A DNA stretch of 51,739 nt from Candidatus Scatosoma sp. (GCA_045534315.1 JAZSJN010000179.1:1-51739), one strand, 5' to 3'; shown: positions 36,179 to 44,339, counted from the first letter of the stretch. Numbers and translations are program-made. The notes: generated by a model not told the origin, from the sequence alone.

Positions 36179-37063
36179 TTATTGAAAATGAATTTTTATT
36201 TGATAAGTTTTACTTGTTTTTGCTTTGATTTTTTGCATTTCAAAACGGTCGAAACGGGTGAGCGCGGGCTCGATCCCCAACGCGTAATCTCCGCTTTTCA
36301 TACTCTTCCATTGTAAGGTGACGGGGAAATCGGCTACGTCGTATTCCATGCCGATTGCGATGCCAAGATCGGGGTTGCAAAGACGGACGTTGCCTTGTGA
36401 AAGCGTGTGATAGTACACGTCTTCGTTGTTGCCGTCGATCGGCGGGGTGATCTTTAACATGTCCGCCTGACGCTTTTTGGCAATCTCGGTGAGGGGATCG
36501 CTCGCCGTTGCGGGAATATCCAATTGCAAACACTCGTCCAAAAACGGATAGCCGTAGTTGATATGGTACAACAGGACGTATTCGCTGTCTTGAAAGTCGG
36601 CGTTTTCTATGGTGTCGTTGATCTCTAACCCATTCGCCGTGATTTTATACGAGCGGTGCAAAACAAGATTTTTGCCAAACAGCGCGCTTTCTTTAATATC
36701 GCCGCAAACGTAGATTGCGCCGTCCTTTTCGTAATGGTAAGCATTTTCCGCTTTCGTGTAATGCAAACTGCCATGGACGGGCTTATCCGCCACGCATCCC
36801 GATACGTTGTCCATGCCGCACGTATATAAAAATCCGCCTTCGAAATTGCCCGTAAAGTCCCGTTTGCCGTCGTTTAAGCCGTTCTTACTTAAAAAGGACA
36901 GGTTTACTCCCTTGAAATTCGCCCAAACGATATCCAGAGCGTTGTCCTTGTTAAAAAGCAGTTCTAATCCGCCATGACGCACCAAAATGCAACGCTTATC
37001 CGCAATTTTGACGTCTTGCGCAAAGCAAATCTGTGCCTTATTTCCTATCTTTCTTTCGTCCAT
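36179..37063 (-). CDS. DUF4432 / aldose-1-epimerase-like (galactose-mutarotase fold) protein
   Basis: FEGGFLYTCGMDNVS......PVHGSLH and LLYHINYGYPFL match the DUF4432 mutarotase-like pattern. Start at ATG 37063 (AAAGGAAAACT upstream) rather than 37105. Confidence 0.6.
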   Translation of the reverse strand: MDERKIGNKAQICFAQDVKIADKRCILVRHGGLELLFNKDNALDIVWANFKGVNLSFLSKNGLNDGKRDFTGNFEGGFLYTCGMDNVSGCVADKPVHGSLHYTKAENAYHYEKDGAIYVCGDIKESALFGKNLVLHRSYKITANGLEINDTIENADFQDSEYVLLYHINYGYPFLDECLQLDIPATASDPLTEIAKKRQADMLKITPPIDGNNEDVYYHTLSQGNVRLCNPDLGIAIGMEYDVADFPVTLQWKSMKSGDYALGIEPALTRFDRFEMQKIKAKTSKTYQIKIHFQ

Positions 37064-37127
37064 AGTTTTCCTTTGTTGGCTCTCCCGCAGTGCGAAATGC
37101 CACACTTTTTTGTCAGTATAGCATGCT

Positions 37128-37148
37128 TTATCTATAAATAATAGATAA
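37128..37148. promoter_or_regulatory. inverted repeat TTATCTAT-n5-ATAGATAA in the divergent control region (candidate operator)
   Basis: Perfect 8-bp arms. The repeat overlaps the -35 region of the minus-strand extended -10 promoter (TGCTATACT, 37115-37123 reverse) that drives the DUF4432-isomerase-GH operon. Confidence 0.4.
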
Positions 37149-37165
37149 AAATATACGCAAAAACA

Positions 37166-37194
37166 TTGTTTTTGTATAAAAAATATGATAAAAT
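37166..37194 (+). promoter_or_regulatory. promoter of the PocR-AraC gene; the predicted TSS coincides with the ATG (leaderless?)
   Basis: TTGTTT, a 17-nt spacer, then TAAAAT with TG at -15/-14. The -10 ends 6 nt before ATG 37201. Confidence 0.4.
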
Positions 37195-37200
37195 AGGATT

Positions 37201-38031
37201 ATGGATATAAAATATAACAAAGAAAAGCTTGCGACGATTTTGGAAAACGTATACGAGTTGTTGCAAACGCCGATCAGCATTTTTGACAAGGATTTTCAAT
37301 TTTTAACGTCCTATCCACCCGAAGGGTATTTGACGGAATTTTGCCGAATGATCCGCCTTTCGCCCGAACGCATGGAAAAATGCCGACAATCGGATGAAGA
37401 GTCGTGCGCGCTTTGCAAAAAGACAAACCGTACCTTTTCCTATCTTTGCCATGCGGGCATACGGGAAACGATTACGCCCATTCGCTTTGAAAAGACGATT
37501 ATAGGATACATTTTGTTTGGGGAATACCGTATTGTAGGGACGGAAAAGGACGTCCGCGCCTATGCGGTGAAAAATGGTATTGACCCTGAAAAATTGCAAA
37601 ATGCCTATGAAAAATTGATTTTGCTTACCGAAAAGCAAGTAACGGCAACCTGTGAAATCTTACAATCGTGTATTTTGCAATTTTGGCTTTCCGAGGCAAT
37701 TTTACTCAAAGAAAACGACCTTGCGGAAAGGTTGAAAAAATTTATTGAAGAAAACCTAAACGAACCGTTAACGGCAGAAGATCTGTGCAAAAATTTCTTT
37801 TTAAACCGTCAGCAATTATATGCGATTTTTCGCGAGAGCTTTGCTGTGCCCGTTAAACAATACGTTTTAGAGCGGAAAATTGCGCGCGCAAAACACCTTT
37901 TGACCGCGACCAATCTTTCAGTAACGGCGGTTGCCGAGCAAACGGGTTTTGCCGATTACAATAATTTTATTCAACGTTTTAAAAAAATAACGGGGCTCAC
38001 CCCCCTGCAATATCGAAAGCGTAAACAGTAA
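37201..38031 (+). CDS. AraC-family regulator with N-terminal PocR sensory domain
   Basis: N-terminal PocR-like region with a Cys cluster (FCRMIR......C..SDE..C..C.......Y.CHAG). C-terminal AraC HTH (LSVTAVAEQTGFADYNNFIQRFKKITGLTPLQYRK). Confidence 0.75.
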   Translation: MDIKYNKEKLATILENVYELLQTPISIFDKDFQFLTSYPPEGYLTEFCRMIRLSPERMEKCRQSDEESCALCKKTNRTFSYLCHAGIRETITPIRFEKTIIGYILFGEYRIVGTEKDVRAYAVKNGIDPEKLQNAYEKLILLTEKQVTATCEILQSCILQFWLSEAILLKENDLAERLKKFIEENLNEPLTAEDLCKNFFLNRQQLYAIFRESFAVPVKQYVLERKIARAKHLLTATNLSVTAVAEQTGFADYNNFIQRFKKITGLTPLQYRKRKQ

Positions 38032-38068
38032 AACGCCGTCAAACCCGTGTGGGGCTTGACGGCGTTTG
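38032..38068. terminator. bidirectional terminator between the two convergent AraC genes
   Basis: AAACGCCGTCAA-ACCC-gtgt-GGGG-c-TTGACGGCGTTT: a long hairpin of about 16 bp. Confidence 0.7.
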
Positions 38069-38083
38069 CCGTGTTGCTAATTT

Positions 38084-39004
38084 TTATTCGCCGTCGTGAT
38101 GCAGAACGGAGTTATTCTTTCTGTACTCGGCGGGGGTGATATTGAAATATTTTTTAAACAGGCTGTGGAAATGGCTGGGGGATTCGAAATTGAGTTCGTT
38201 TGTAATCTCCATCAAGGTCATATCCGTAAGCGAGAGCAAGTCTTTTGCGTATTGCAGCTTGGTGCGGTTGACATACTGCGTAATCGTACAATGCATGTGT
38301 TTTTTAAAGATACGCGTCAATTGCGGATAACTGTACGGCAGATCCTGCTGCGCCGCCTTGATCTGTTCGCTGGTGATCAGCGGATTGTTCAATTGCTGGA
38401 TCAGCGGCTTTAATATGGACGGAATACTCTGTCCCTTTTGCCATTGTTCGATAAATTTTAATAAAATCGTCGAGAAAATAATATTACATTGTTGTTCGGT
38501 GTACGGCGTGCTTTGGTCTTTCAAGGTTTGAATATCCAAAAACATATTTGTAAATTTTTCCAATGAGTTGGGGGAAAGAGAAAAGTACAAGGGCTGCGGC
38601 GTATTGCAGATTTCGTCGTACAACGTGGGCGAATACATATTAAGCAGCTCGCGTACGTAATGGTCTTGCGCGGCAATACAGATGGCTTGGTACTGATTTT
38701 TCACGCGGTTTGGATAGAAAAACGCGTGCTTATCTTTCGGACCGATAATGCATGCCATACCAGCCGTCATCATCTTTTCTTCGCCGTTGATGCGGTGTAA
38801 AATATGATCGCTGAGCACGATGGCAACTTCCCAATGTGTTTGTCCGTGGTACAGGGGGTATTCAAAGTTTACCCAATAAAAGGACGTGTTTGCATTTTTC
38901 CAAGGAGAACATTGCTCGAAGGTGCTGATCGAAGGACCTTCCGTTTCGGAAATGTGTCCGACGTAAGGATAAATTTTACTGTTCTTTTTTTCGTCCATAG
39001 TCAC
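38084..39004 (-). CDS. AraC-family transcriptional regulator (cupin-like N-terminal domain)
   Basis: C-terminal double HTH (YSYPQLTRIFKKHMHCTITQYVN ... MTLMEITNELNFESPSHFHSLFKKYFNITPAEYRK). Divergent from module B and the GH42-like/murQ/murK operon. Confidence 0.8.
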   Translation of the reverse strand: MTMDEKKNSKIYPYVGHISETEGPSISTFEQCSPWKNANTSFYWVNFEYPLYHGQTHWEVAIVLSDHILHRINGEEKMMTAGMACIIGPKDKHAFFYPNRVKNQYQAICIAAQDHYVRELLNMYSPTLYDEICNTPQPLYFSLSPNSLEKFTNMFLDIQTLKDQSTPYTEQQCNIIFSTILLKFIEQWQKGQSIPSILKPLIQQLNNPLITSEQIKAAQQDLPYSYPQLTRIFKKHMHCTITQYVNRTKLQYAKDLLSLTDMTLMEITNELNFESPSHFHSLFKKYFNITPAEYRKNNSVLHHDGE

Positions 39005-39260
39005 ATTATAACACTACAATCTTAAAATGTCAATACTATTTTTTGAGATTTTTGAGAACTGAATTTTTGATTTCCGATTGTAAAAAAAAAGTAAAAAACG
39101 CAAAAATATTTTTTTTGGTCGCAAAAAAACAACCCAAAAAAACGCCAAAAACCTTGAAAAGTCAAGCATTTTTGCATTTTTTTAATTTTATTTTTTTTGT
39201 AATTTTGGTAAAAAAGCAATTTTAATTTTTATGTAAAGAATAGCAACTTTTCCAAAAAAA

Positions 39261-39325
39261 TGCAATTTTAGAGCATATATTTGCAATTTAACAGTAATGA
39301 CAAAGGTAAAAATGTGTGTTAAAAT
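39261..39325 (+). promoter_or_regulatory. shared promoter/operator module, copy B
   Basis: TGCAATTTTAGAGCATATATTTGCAATTTAACAGTAATGACA-17 nt-TAAAAT. The first 30 nt are 29/30 identical to copy C. Confidence 0.7.
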
Positions 39326-39389
39326 GGATAATGTGGAAGTGTGCGCATTTTCCAAAAAATGGTAATTTTTATAAAAAATAGCAAAAATC

Positions 39390-41177
39390 ATGAAAGCAAA
39401 AGTTGTAAAATCGCAAGACAATTTAATGATTGAAGCGGACGGGGAACGGGTAGCCCCTGCGGCGTATATGTCTTATTTGGAAAACAACGCGGATTATAAG
39501 GGGTTTCAGTTGGCGGGGTACGATTTGTTTTGCGCTTGCGTGTATATGGGCGATTGCCCGATCAACGAATTTTCGGGGATTCGTCCGTTTAACGATCATA
39601 TTTGGAAAGCGCGGGATATTTACGATTTTTCCCCTTTGTATAACAGTGTAAAGAAGATTGTGGAAAGCGGCAGGCAAAAAACGTACGTCATGCTCCGCGT
39701 TAATCTCAATACGCCCCAATGGTGGCGCAGGGAAAATCCTGACGAGCTCACCGAAAACAGCGACGGTAACGTGTATATGCAGTCGGTATTTTCCGAAAAA
39801 TGGAAAGCGGACGCTAAGTTGTTTTTAGAAAAATTATATGCATATTTGCGCACGTTTACTTTCCAAGAAAACGTGATTGCAATACAGATTGCGGCGATGC
39901 AAACGGAAGAGTGGCTTGCTATGTGTACGGGGACGGGGGCTCTCGATTATTCTTTGCCAGCCAGAAAAGCGTTCGGACTTTGGCTGCAAGAAAAATACGG
40001 AAAGGCGTTTGATGAGATGCCCATGCCCGATAGAGAATACGCTTGCGCGCATGACCGCGCGCCCCTACAAGACGAAAGCAAGCGGCGGTATTTTGGCGAC
40101 TATATGCGGTTTTACGGCGAAGGTTTTGCGCGCGCGATTCAAGAATTTGCCGCGCATGCGAAAGGGTTAAACGGTGATCTGCTGGTCGGTACGTTTTACG
40201 GCTACGTAGGACAAACGTCGTGCGATCGCGGGCATCATGCAATTTCCACGTTGCTACGTGATCCTAATATCGATTTTTTTGCCTCGCCTTTTGCGTATGC
40301 GGACGCGCGTCAAACGGCAAAGGATTGGTATTATCACGGACCGATGGAAAGCGCGGCTTCGGCGGGGAAATTATGGTTTTTAGAAGCGGACGTACGCACT
40401 TATAAAACGAAATATCTCGCCGATACCAATCCCGAATTGATGTCGGACGAGCAGACGGTGCAATATCACCGCGCGCCCGTTTTTAAAGGGCCTGATACCG
40501 AAAAGGAAAGCCTTTGGGTAATGCTCCGTTCTTTTGCAAAAGTGCTTTGTTCCAAAAATGCGTTTTGGTGGTTTGATATGTGGGGCGGTAGGTATGACTC
40601 GCCTGCCATGATGGACCTTGTGAAACGGGTGTTAGATACGTACCGTGTCGCGTTCAATGCAAAAATGGCGAATGTGTGTAAGCTTGCGGTAGTGCTGGAC
40701 GAACGGGCGTATGAGGAACGTTCTAACTTGTATCACTACGATACGACGGTAAAACAGTTGGAAGAGCTTGGTTATCTCGGCGCGCCGTATGATTTGTACT
40801 TGGCGGGGGGTATAAACGACGAGCAAAAGAAAAAATACGCAGCGATTTTATATATTGCCGATCAAAATTCGCCCAGCAAGGGGAATACGTTGATTTTGCA
40901 AAACGGTGGGCGTGTGGAAACAGAAAACATGTTTGCGGCGGCGGAGATCGGCAACTATTTGCAAGGCGTGGGCGTGCATATTTACAGCGGCGGAAATATT
41001 GTATATGCCAACTCTAAATTTGTTGCAGTTACGGCAAAGGTGGGGGGACGTGTCGAGATGAAACTGCCTTTCTCGTGTAAAATCAAGGCGTTTACGGACG
41101 GAAAAGAATATCAAGGCAAGGACTTTGTTTTCGATATGGAAAGCAACCAGACGGAATTATTTGAAGTTATGGGGTAG
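39390..41177 (+). CDS. distant GH42-like / clan GH-A TIM-barrel protein, function unknown
   Basis: 595 aa. LRVNLNTPQWW...NPDEL, IQIAAMQTEEW at the position of the NEx acid/base strand, and LPARKAFGLWLQEKYG (the F..WL...Y motif of GH42). No convincing RBS, so the start is uncertain. Confidence 0.5.
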   Translation: MKAKVVKSQDNLMIEADGERVAPAAYMSYLENNADYKGFQLAGYDLFCACVYMGDCPINEFSGIRPFNDHIWKARDIYDFSPLYNSVKKIVESGRQKTYVMLRVNLNTPQWWRRENPDELTENSDGNVYMQSVFSEKWKADAKLFLEKLYAYLRTFTFQENVIAIQIAAMQTEEWLAMCTGTGALDYSLPARKAFGLWLQEKYGKAFDEMPMPDREYACAHDRAPLQDESKRRYFGDYMRFYGEGFARAIQEFAAHAKGLNGDLLVGTFYGYVGQTSCDRGHHAISTLLRDPNIDFFASPFAYADARQTAKDWYYHGPMESAASAGKLWFLEADVRTYKTKYLADTNPELMSDEQTVQYHRAPVFKGPDTEKESLWVMLRSFAKVLCSKNAFWWFDMWGGRYDSPAMMDLVKRVLDTYRVAFNAKMANVCKLAVVLDERAYEERSNLYHYDTTVKQLEELGYLGAPYDLYLAGGINDEQKKKYAAILYIADQNSPSKGNTLILQNGGRVETENMFAAAEIGNYLQGVGVHIYSGGNIVYANSKFVAVTAKVGGRVEMKLPFSCKIKAFTDGKEYQGKDFVFDMESNQTELFEVMG

Positions 41178-41181
41178 AATT

Positions 41182-41988
41182 ATGAAAAATACCGAACAGA
41201 GAAATCCAAATACGATGGATTTAGATAAGATGACGGCGTTGGAAGCTGTAACCGCAATGAATAATGAAGATAAAACGGTGGCGTATGCCGTGGAAAGGGC
41301 TTTGCCTGAGATTGCGCAGGCGGTGGAACTTGTGGTGGACAGTTTTCAAAAGGGCGGCCGCTTGATCTACGTCGGCGCGGGTACGTCCGGTCGTTTAGGG
41401 GTGTTGGACGCAAGTGAATGTCCTCCGACGTTCGGCGTTCCGTACGAACAGGTGATCGGCGTGATTGCAGGGGGGCGTGACGCGGTGTTCAAGGCGGCGG
41501 AAGGAGCGGAAGACAGCGGTGAGTACGGTGTTCGCGATATGAAAAACGTCGCGGTGTCGGAGAAAGACACGGTGGTAGGGATCTCTGTTTCGGGCGACGC
41601 GTCGTACATTTACGAATCTCTGAAATATGCGCGGGAGCTTGGCGCGCACACGGTTGCGCTGTCGGGAAATCCTATAAATCGCATTTCTCAGCAAGCGGAA
41701 ATCACGATTGTAACGGACACGGGTGCGGAAGCGTTGACGGGTTCTACCCGTTTAAAGGCGGGCACAGCGCACAAAATGGTACTGAATATGCTCTCGACGG
41801 TGGCAATGGTACGTACGGGCAAAGTTATTGAAAATCTGATGGTGAACGTCGCGCCGACAAATATCAAGCTGTTCGACCGCGCGGCGCGTATTTGCGATAC
41901 GTTGACGGGTATGGGCGTAGATGCGGCGAAAGCGGAACTTTCCAAAGGTCGTACGATCGTGGAGATTGTAGGAGATTACGAAAAATGA
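41182..41988 (+). CDS. murQ: N-acetylmuramic acid-6-phosphate etherase
   Basis: TEQRNPNTMDLD, GGRLIYVGAGTSGRLGVLDASECPPTFGV, GAEDS, GSTRLKAGTAHK..LNM.ST, and ENLMVNV.PTNIKL.DRA. Start at ATG 41182, 5 nt after the upstream stop. Confidence 0.88.
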   Translation: MKNTEQRNPNTMDLDKMTALEAVTAMNNEDKTVAYAVERALPEIAQAVELVVDSFQKGGRLIYVGAGTSGRLGVLDASECPPTFGVPYEQVIGVIAGGRDAVFKAAEGAEDSGEYGVRDMKNVAVSEKDTVVGISVSGDASYIYESLKYARELGAHTVALSGNPINRISQQAEITIVTDTGAEALTGSTRLKAGTAHKMVLNMLSTVAMVRTGKVIENLMVNVAPTNIKLFDRAARICDTLTGMGVDAAKAELSKGRTIVEIVGDYEK

Positions 41989-42902
41989 GATATTATCTGG
42001 GCGTGGACGGCGGCGGCACGAAAACGGAAGGGGTCGTCGTTACCGAAACGGGCGAAGTCGTACAAAGAGCGCTGGTGGGGAGTTCTAATCCAAACGACGT
42101 TGGCAGGGAAAACATGATTGAACTGCTCTGCGCGTTTGTGCGGGATTTAACGCCTGTGGATGCGAATCGGATGGACGTGTGTATGGGCTTGTCGGGCCTG
42201 GGATTTGCTGGGTGCAAAGACGAGCTGATTGCCGCGCTGAAAACTGTGGATAAGGTCGGGAACGTCAGCGTTTGCAGCGACGTGCAAATCGCTTTGGACT
42301 CCGCTTACGACGGGGATGGTTGTATTGCGATTACGGGCACGGGTAGCGTAGGGTATCTGCGTAAAAACGGCGAGCATATCTTGGTCGGTGGCGGCGGATA
42401 TATGATCGATTCGTCTTTTAGCGGGTACGATTTAGGCAGCGAAGCGTTGAACGCGGCGCTTTCGGAGACGGACGGCAGGGGCGAAGAAACGCAAATTACG
42501 GCGTTGGTTTTGAACCGTGCGGGCGCGTCTATGAACGAAATTGTGAAAACGGTGTACCTAAAAGGCAAGGCGTACGTGGCGTCCTTTGCGCCCGTTCTTT
42601 TCGAAGCTTACGAACGGGGGGATGTGGTTGCCGAAGAAATTTTAAAACGTCGCATGGCGGAATTGGAAACGTTGCTTTTAGGGGTTTATAAAAGATACGG
42701 TCAGCGGCAATGTGAAATTACGTTGTTTGGCGGGTTAAACCGTCGCGTGATAGAATTTTCGCGTTTTCTCAGCGCGAAATTGCACGAAAAAATAACGATT
42801 GGCTTGCCGAAATATCCCGTCGTGTACGGGGCTTTGAAAGGGGCGCGCGGTGGTGGCGACGAGAAATTTTTGACGGCATTTTTGGAAAGCTACTGTGTGT
42901 AA
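41985..42902 (+). CDS. BadF-type sugar kinase (MurNAc/GlcNAc kinase, MurK-like)
   Basis: YYLGVDGGGTKTE phosphate-1 motif, ITGTGS, GGGG.MIDSSFSGYDLG. ATGA overlap with the murQ stop indicates coupling. Start at ATG 41985, not 41892. Confidence 0.75.
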   Translation: MRYYLGVDGGGTKTEGVVVTETGEVVQRALVGSSNPNDVGRENMIELLCAFVRDLTPVDANRMDVCMGLSGLGFAGCKDELIAALKTVDKVGNVSVCSDVQIALDSAYDGDGCIAITGTGSVGYLRKNGEHILVGGGGYMIDSSFSGYDLGSEALNAALSETDGRGEETQITALVLNRAGASMNEIVKTVYLKGKAYVASFAPVLFEAYERGDVVAEEILKRRMAELETLLLGVYKRYGQRQCEITLFGGLNRRVIEFSRFLSAKLHEKITIGLPKYPVVYGALKGARGGGDEKFLTAFLESYCV

Positions 42903-42955
42903 AATTGCCGCAAAATAAACGATAACCGTTTAAGACGGTTTAAAAAAGATGAAAA

Positions 42956-42994
42956 ATCGGTGCGTTAGGAAACGTGCCGATTTTTTGTTGTTTT
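42956..42994 (+). terminator. intrinsic terminator after the murQ-kinase operon
   Basis: ATCGGTGCGT / taggaa / ACGTGCCGAT (10 bp including two G-U pairs) followed by TTTTTTGTTGTTTT. Confidence 0.65.
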
Positions 42995-43127
42995 AAGGCG
43001 GTCGGTAAGGGCGAGAAAAAACTCCTTTTTATCTATTGATAAAAAAGTCGAGCCTTTTTTGATGATAAATGATCCTTTCAAAAAGTTTGTTGATTTTTTC
43101 CAAAACTTGTAAAAAGCGCGTCGAAAA

Positions 43128-43192
43128 TGCAATTTTAGAGCATATTTTTGCAATTTATATATAATGACAAGGGGGCAATTCCGTGATATAAT
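43128..43192 (+). promoter_or_regulatory. shared promoter/operator module, copy C
   Basis: TGCAATTTTAGAGCATATTTTTGCAATTTATATATAATGACA-17 nt-TATAAT, preceded by TG. Confidence 0.7.
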
Positions 43193-43270
43193 GTAACCAC
43201 TAAGCGGAAATACGTTCACAAAATAAAGTGAAACGCCGCTATTTTGGCGTTTATTTAGCGCGCATGTAAT

Positions 43271-43306
43271 GCGTGCGGGTGCGCATAAGCGTGCGGGTGC
43301 GCATAA
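43271..43306 (+). repeat. perfect 18-bp tandem duplication (GCGTGCGGGTGCGCATAA x2) inside the ~235-nt leader of the DUF4434/ABC operon
   Basis: Units 43271-43288 and 43289-43306 are identical. Each contains the self-complementary TGCGCA. Confidence 0.9.
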
Positions 43307-43430
43307 AGAGTTGCTCGCTAACAGAAGAACGCGTAATTTTACCAAGAAAACAATGTTTTCGCGCATGTTTGCCCTATTCATAGTGTGAAAGGCGTGATCA
43401 CATAAATAATATAATAGGAGTTCGAAAGAA

Positions 43431-44339
43431 ATGATAGTGAAGTACCCGATAACGGGCACGTTTATCGATGAAATCACGTATGACATTCCGGCGTCCAACT
43501 GGACGAACGAGCAATGGGCTGCCGATCTCGACCATATGAAAGCGGTGGGGATTGATACGGTGGTAATCATGCGCGGTGTTTTCTACGATAAATGTGTCTA
43601 TCCTTCTAAAATTTTTCCGACCTTAAAGGAAGAAGGGGAAGATTTTGCGGGATTTATCATGGAAGAGGCTGCCAAACGGGACATGCAGGTATTTTTGGGA
43701 ATGTACATAAAAGACCTGACTTGGAACTACGGCGATTACCTGTACGAGCTGAAACAAAACAAGCTGTATATGGACGAAGTGTTGGCTCGGTACAAAGACA
43801 TGCCTGCGTTTAAAGGGTGGTACATACCCCACGAAACGGGCAGTAACATTTACAACGTCAAAGAAACGATGGGTGGGCTTGCCGCTATGTGCAAGGACAG
43901 GACACCCGACAAGAAAGTGTTTATCAGTCCGTTCTTCCGTGGGCAGAATCAGCATCCCGATCCGATGTCGCCCGAACTGACGGCGGACGTGTGGAACAAC
44001 ATTTGGAAAGACTGCGGCAAAGATATTGACATCTGCGCTTTCCAGGACGGCACGGTGCGGCTGTGCAATTACGGCGAATATTTGAAAGCGATTAAGGAAG
44101 TAACGGACGCGCATAAGATCAGCCTTTGGGCAAACGTAGAAACTTTTGAACGCGACGTTCGTTCCATGTTCTATCCGATCTCGTTCGATATTTTGCGCAG
44201 AAAGATACAGATTGCGCAGCAATACGTAGAAAAGTGTATAACCTTTGAGTTTTCACATTTCTTAAGTCCGCAATCGATATTCCCTTCCGCTCGGAATTTG
44301 AACACGCTGTATCGTAATTATTACGAAAATAAAAAATAA
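43431..44339 (+). CDS. DUF4434-family protein (glycoside-hydrolase-like TIM barrel)
   Basis: ITGTFID.I..DI...NW....W..D...M...GIDTV.I......D..VYPS and F.GWYIPHE match my memory of the DUF4434 N-terminal pattern. RBS AGGAG. Confidence 0.6.
   Translation: MIVKYPITGTFIDEITYDIPASNWTNEQWAADLDHMKAVGIDTVVIMRGVFYDKCVYPSKIFPTLKEEGEDFAGFIMEEAAKRDMQVFLGMYIKDLTWNYGDYLYELKQNKLYMDEVLARYKDMPAFKGWYIPHETGSNIYNVKETMGGLAAMCKDRTPDKKVFISPFFRGQNQHPDPMSPELTADVWNNIWKDCGKDIDICAFQDGTVRLCNYGEYLKAIKEVTDAHKISLWANVETFERDVRSMFYPISFDILRRKIQIAQQYVEKCITFEFSHFLSPQSIFPSARNLNTLYRNYYENKK

Noticed and set aside
39022-39421. Small ORFs (60-77 aa) in the AT-rich spacer between the AraC gene and the GH42-like gene.
   Set aside because: Their translations are homopolymeric K/F/I strings generated by A/T tracts. 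They have no RBS and overlap the conserved promoter module.
43271-43306. An 18-bp perfect tandem repeat considered as a mini CRISPR array or satellite.
   Set aside because: There are only two abutting units with no spacers and no cas genes. The repeat lies within a 5' leader, so it is more likely a slippage duplication or a structural RNA element.
42965-43570. A 201-aa minus-strand ORF spanning the intergenic region upstream of the DUF4434 gene.
   Set aside because: It covers a terminator, the conserved promoter/operator module and the 5' end of a well-supported plus-strand gene. The composition is low-complexity (F/I/L-rich from AT-rich DNA), there is no RBS, and no domain is recognisable.
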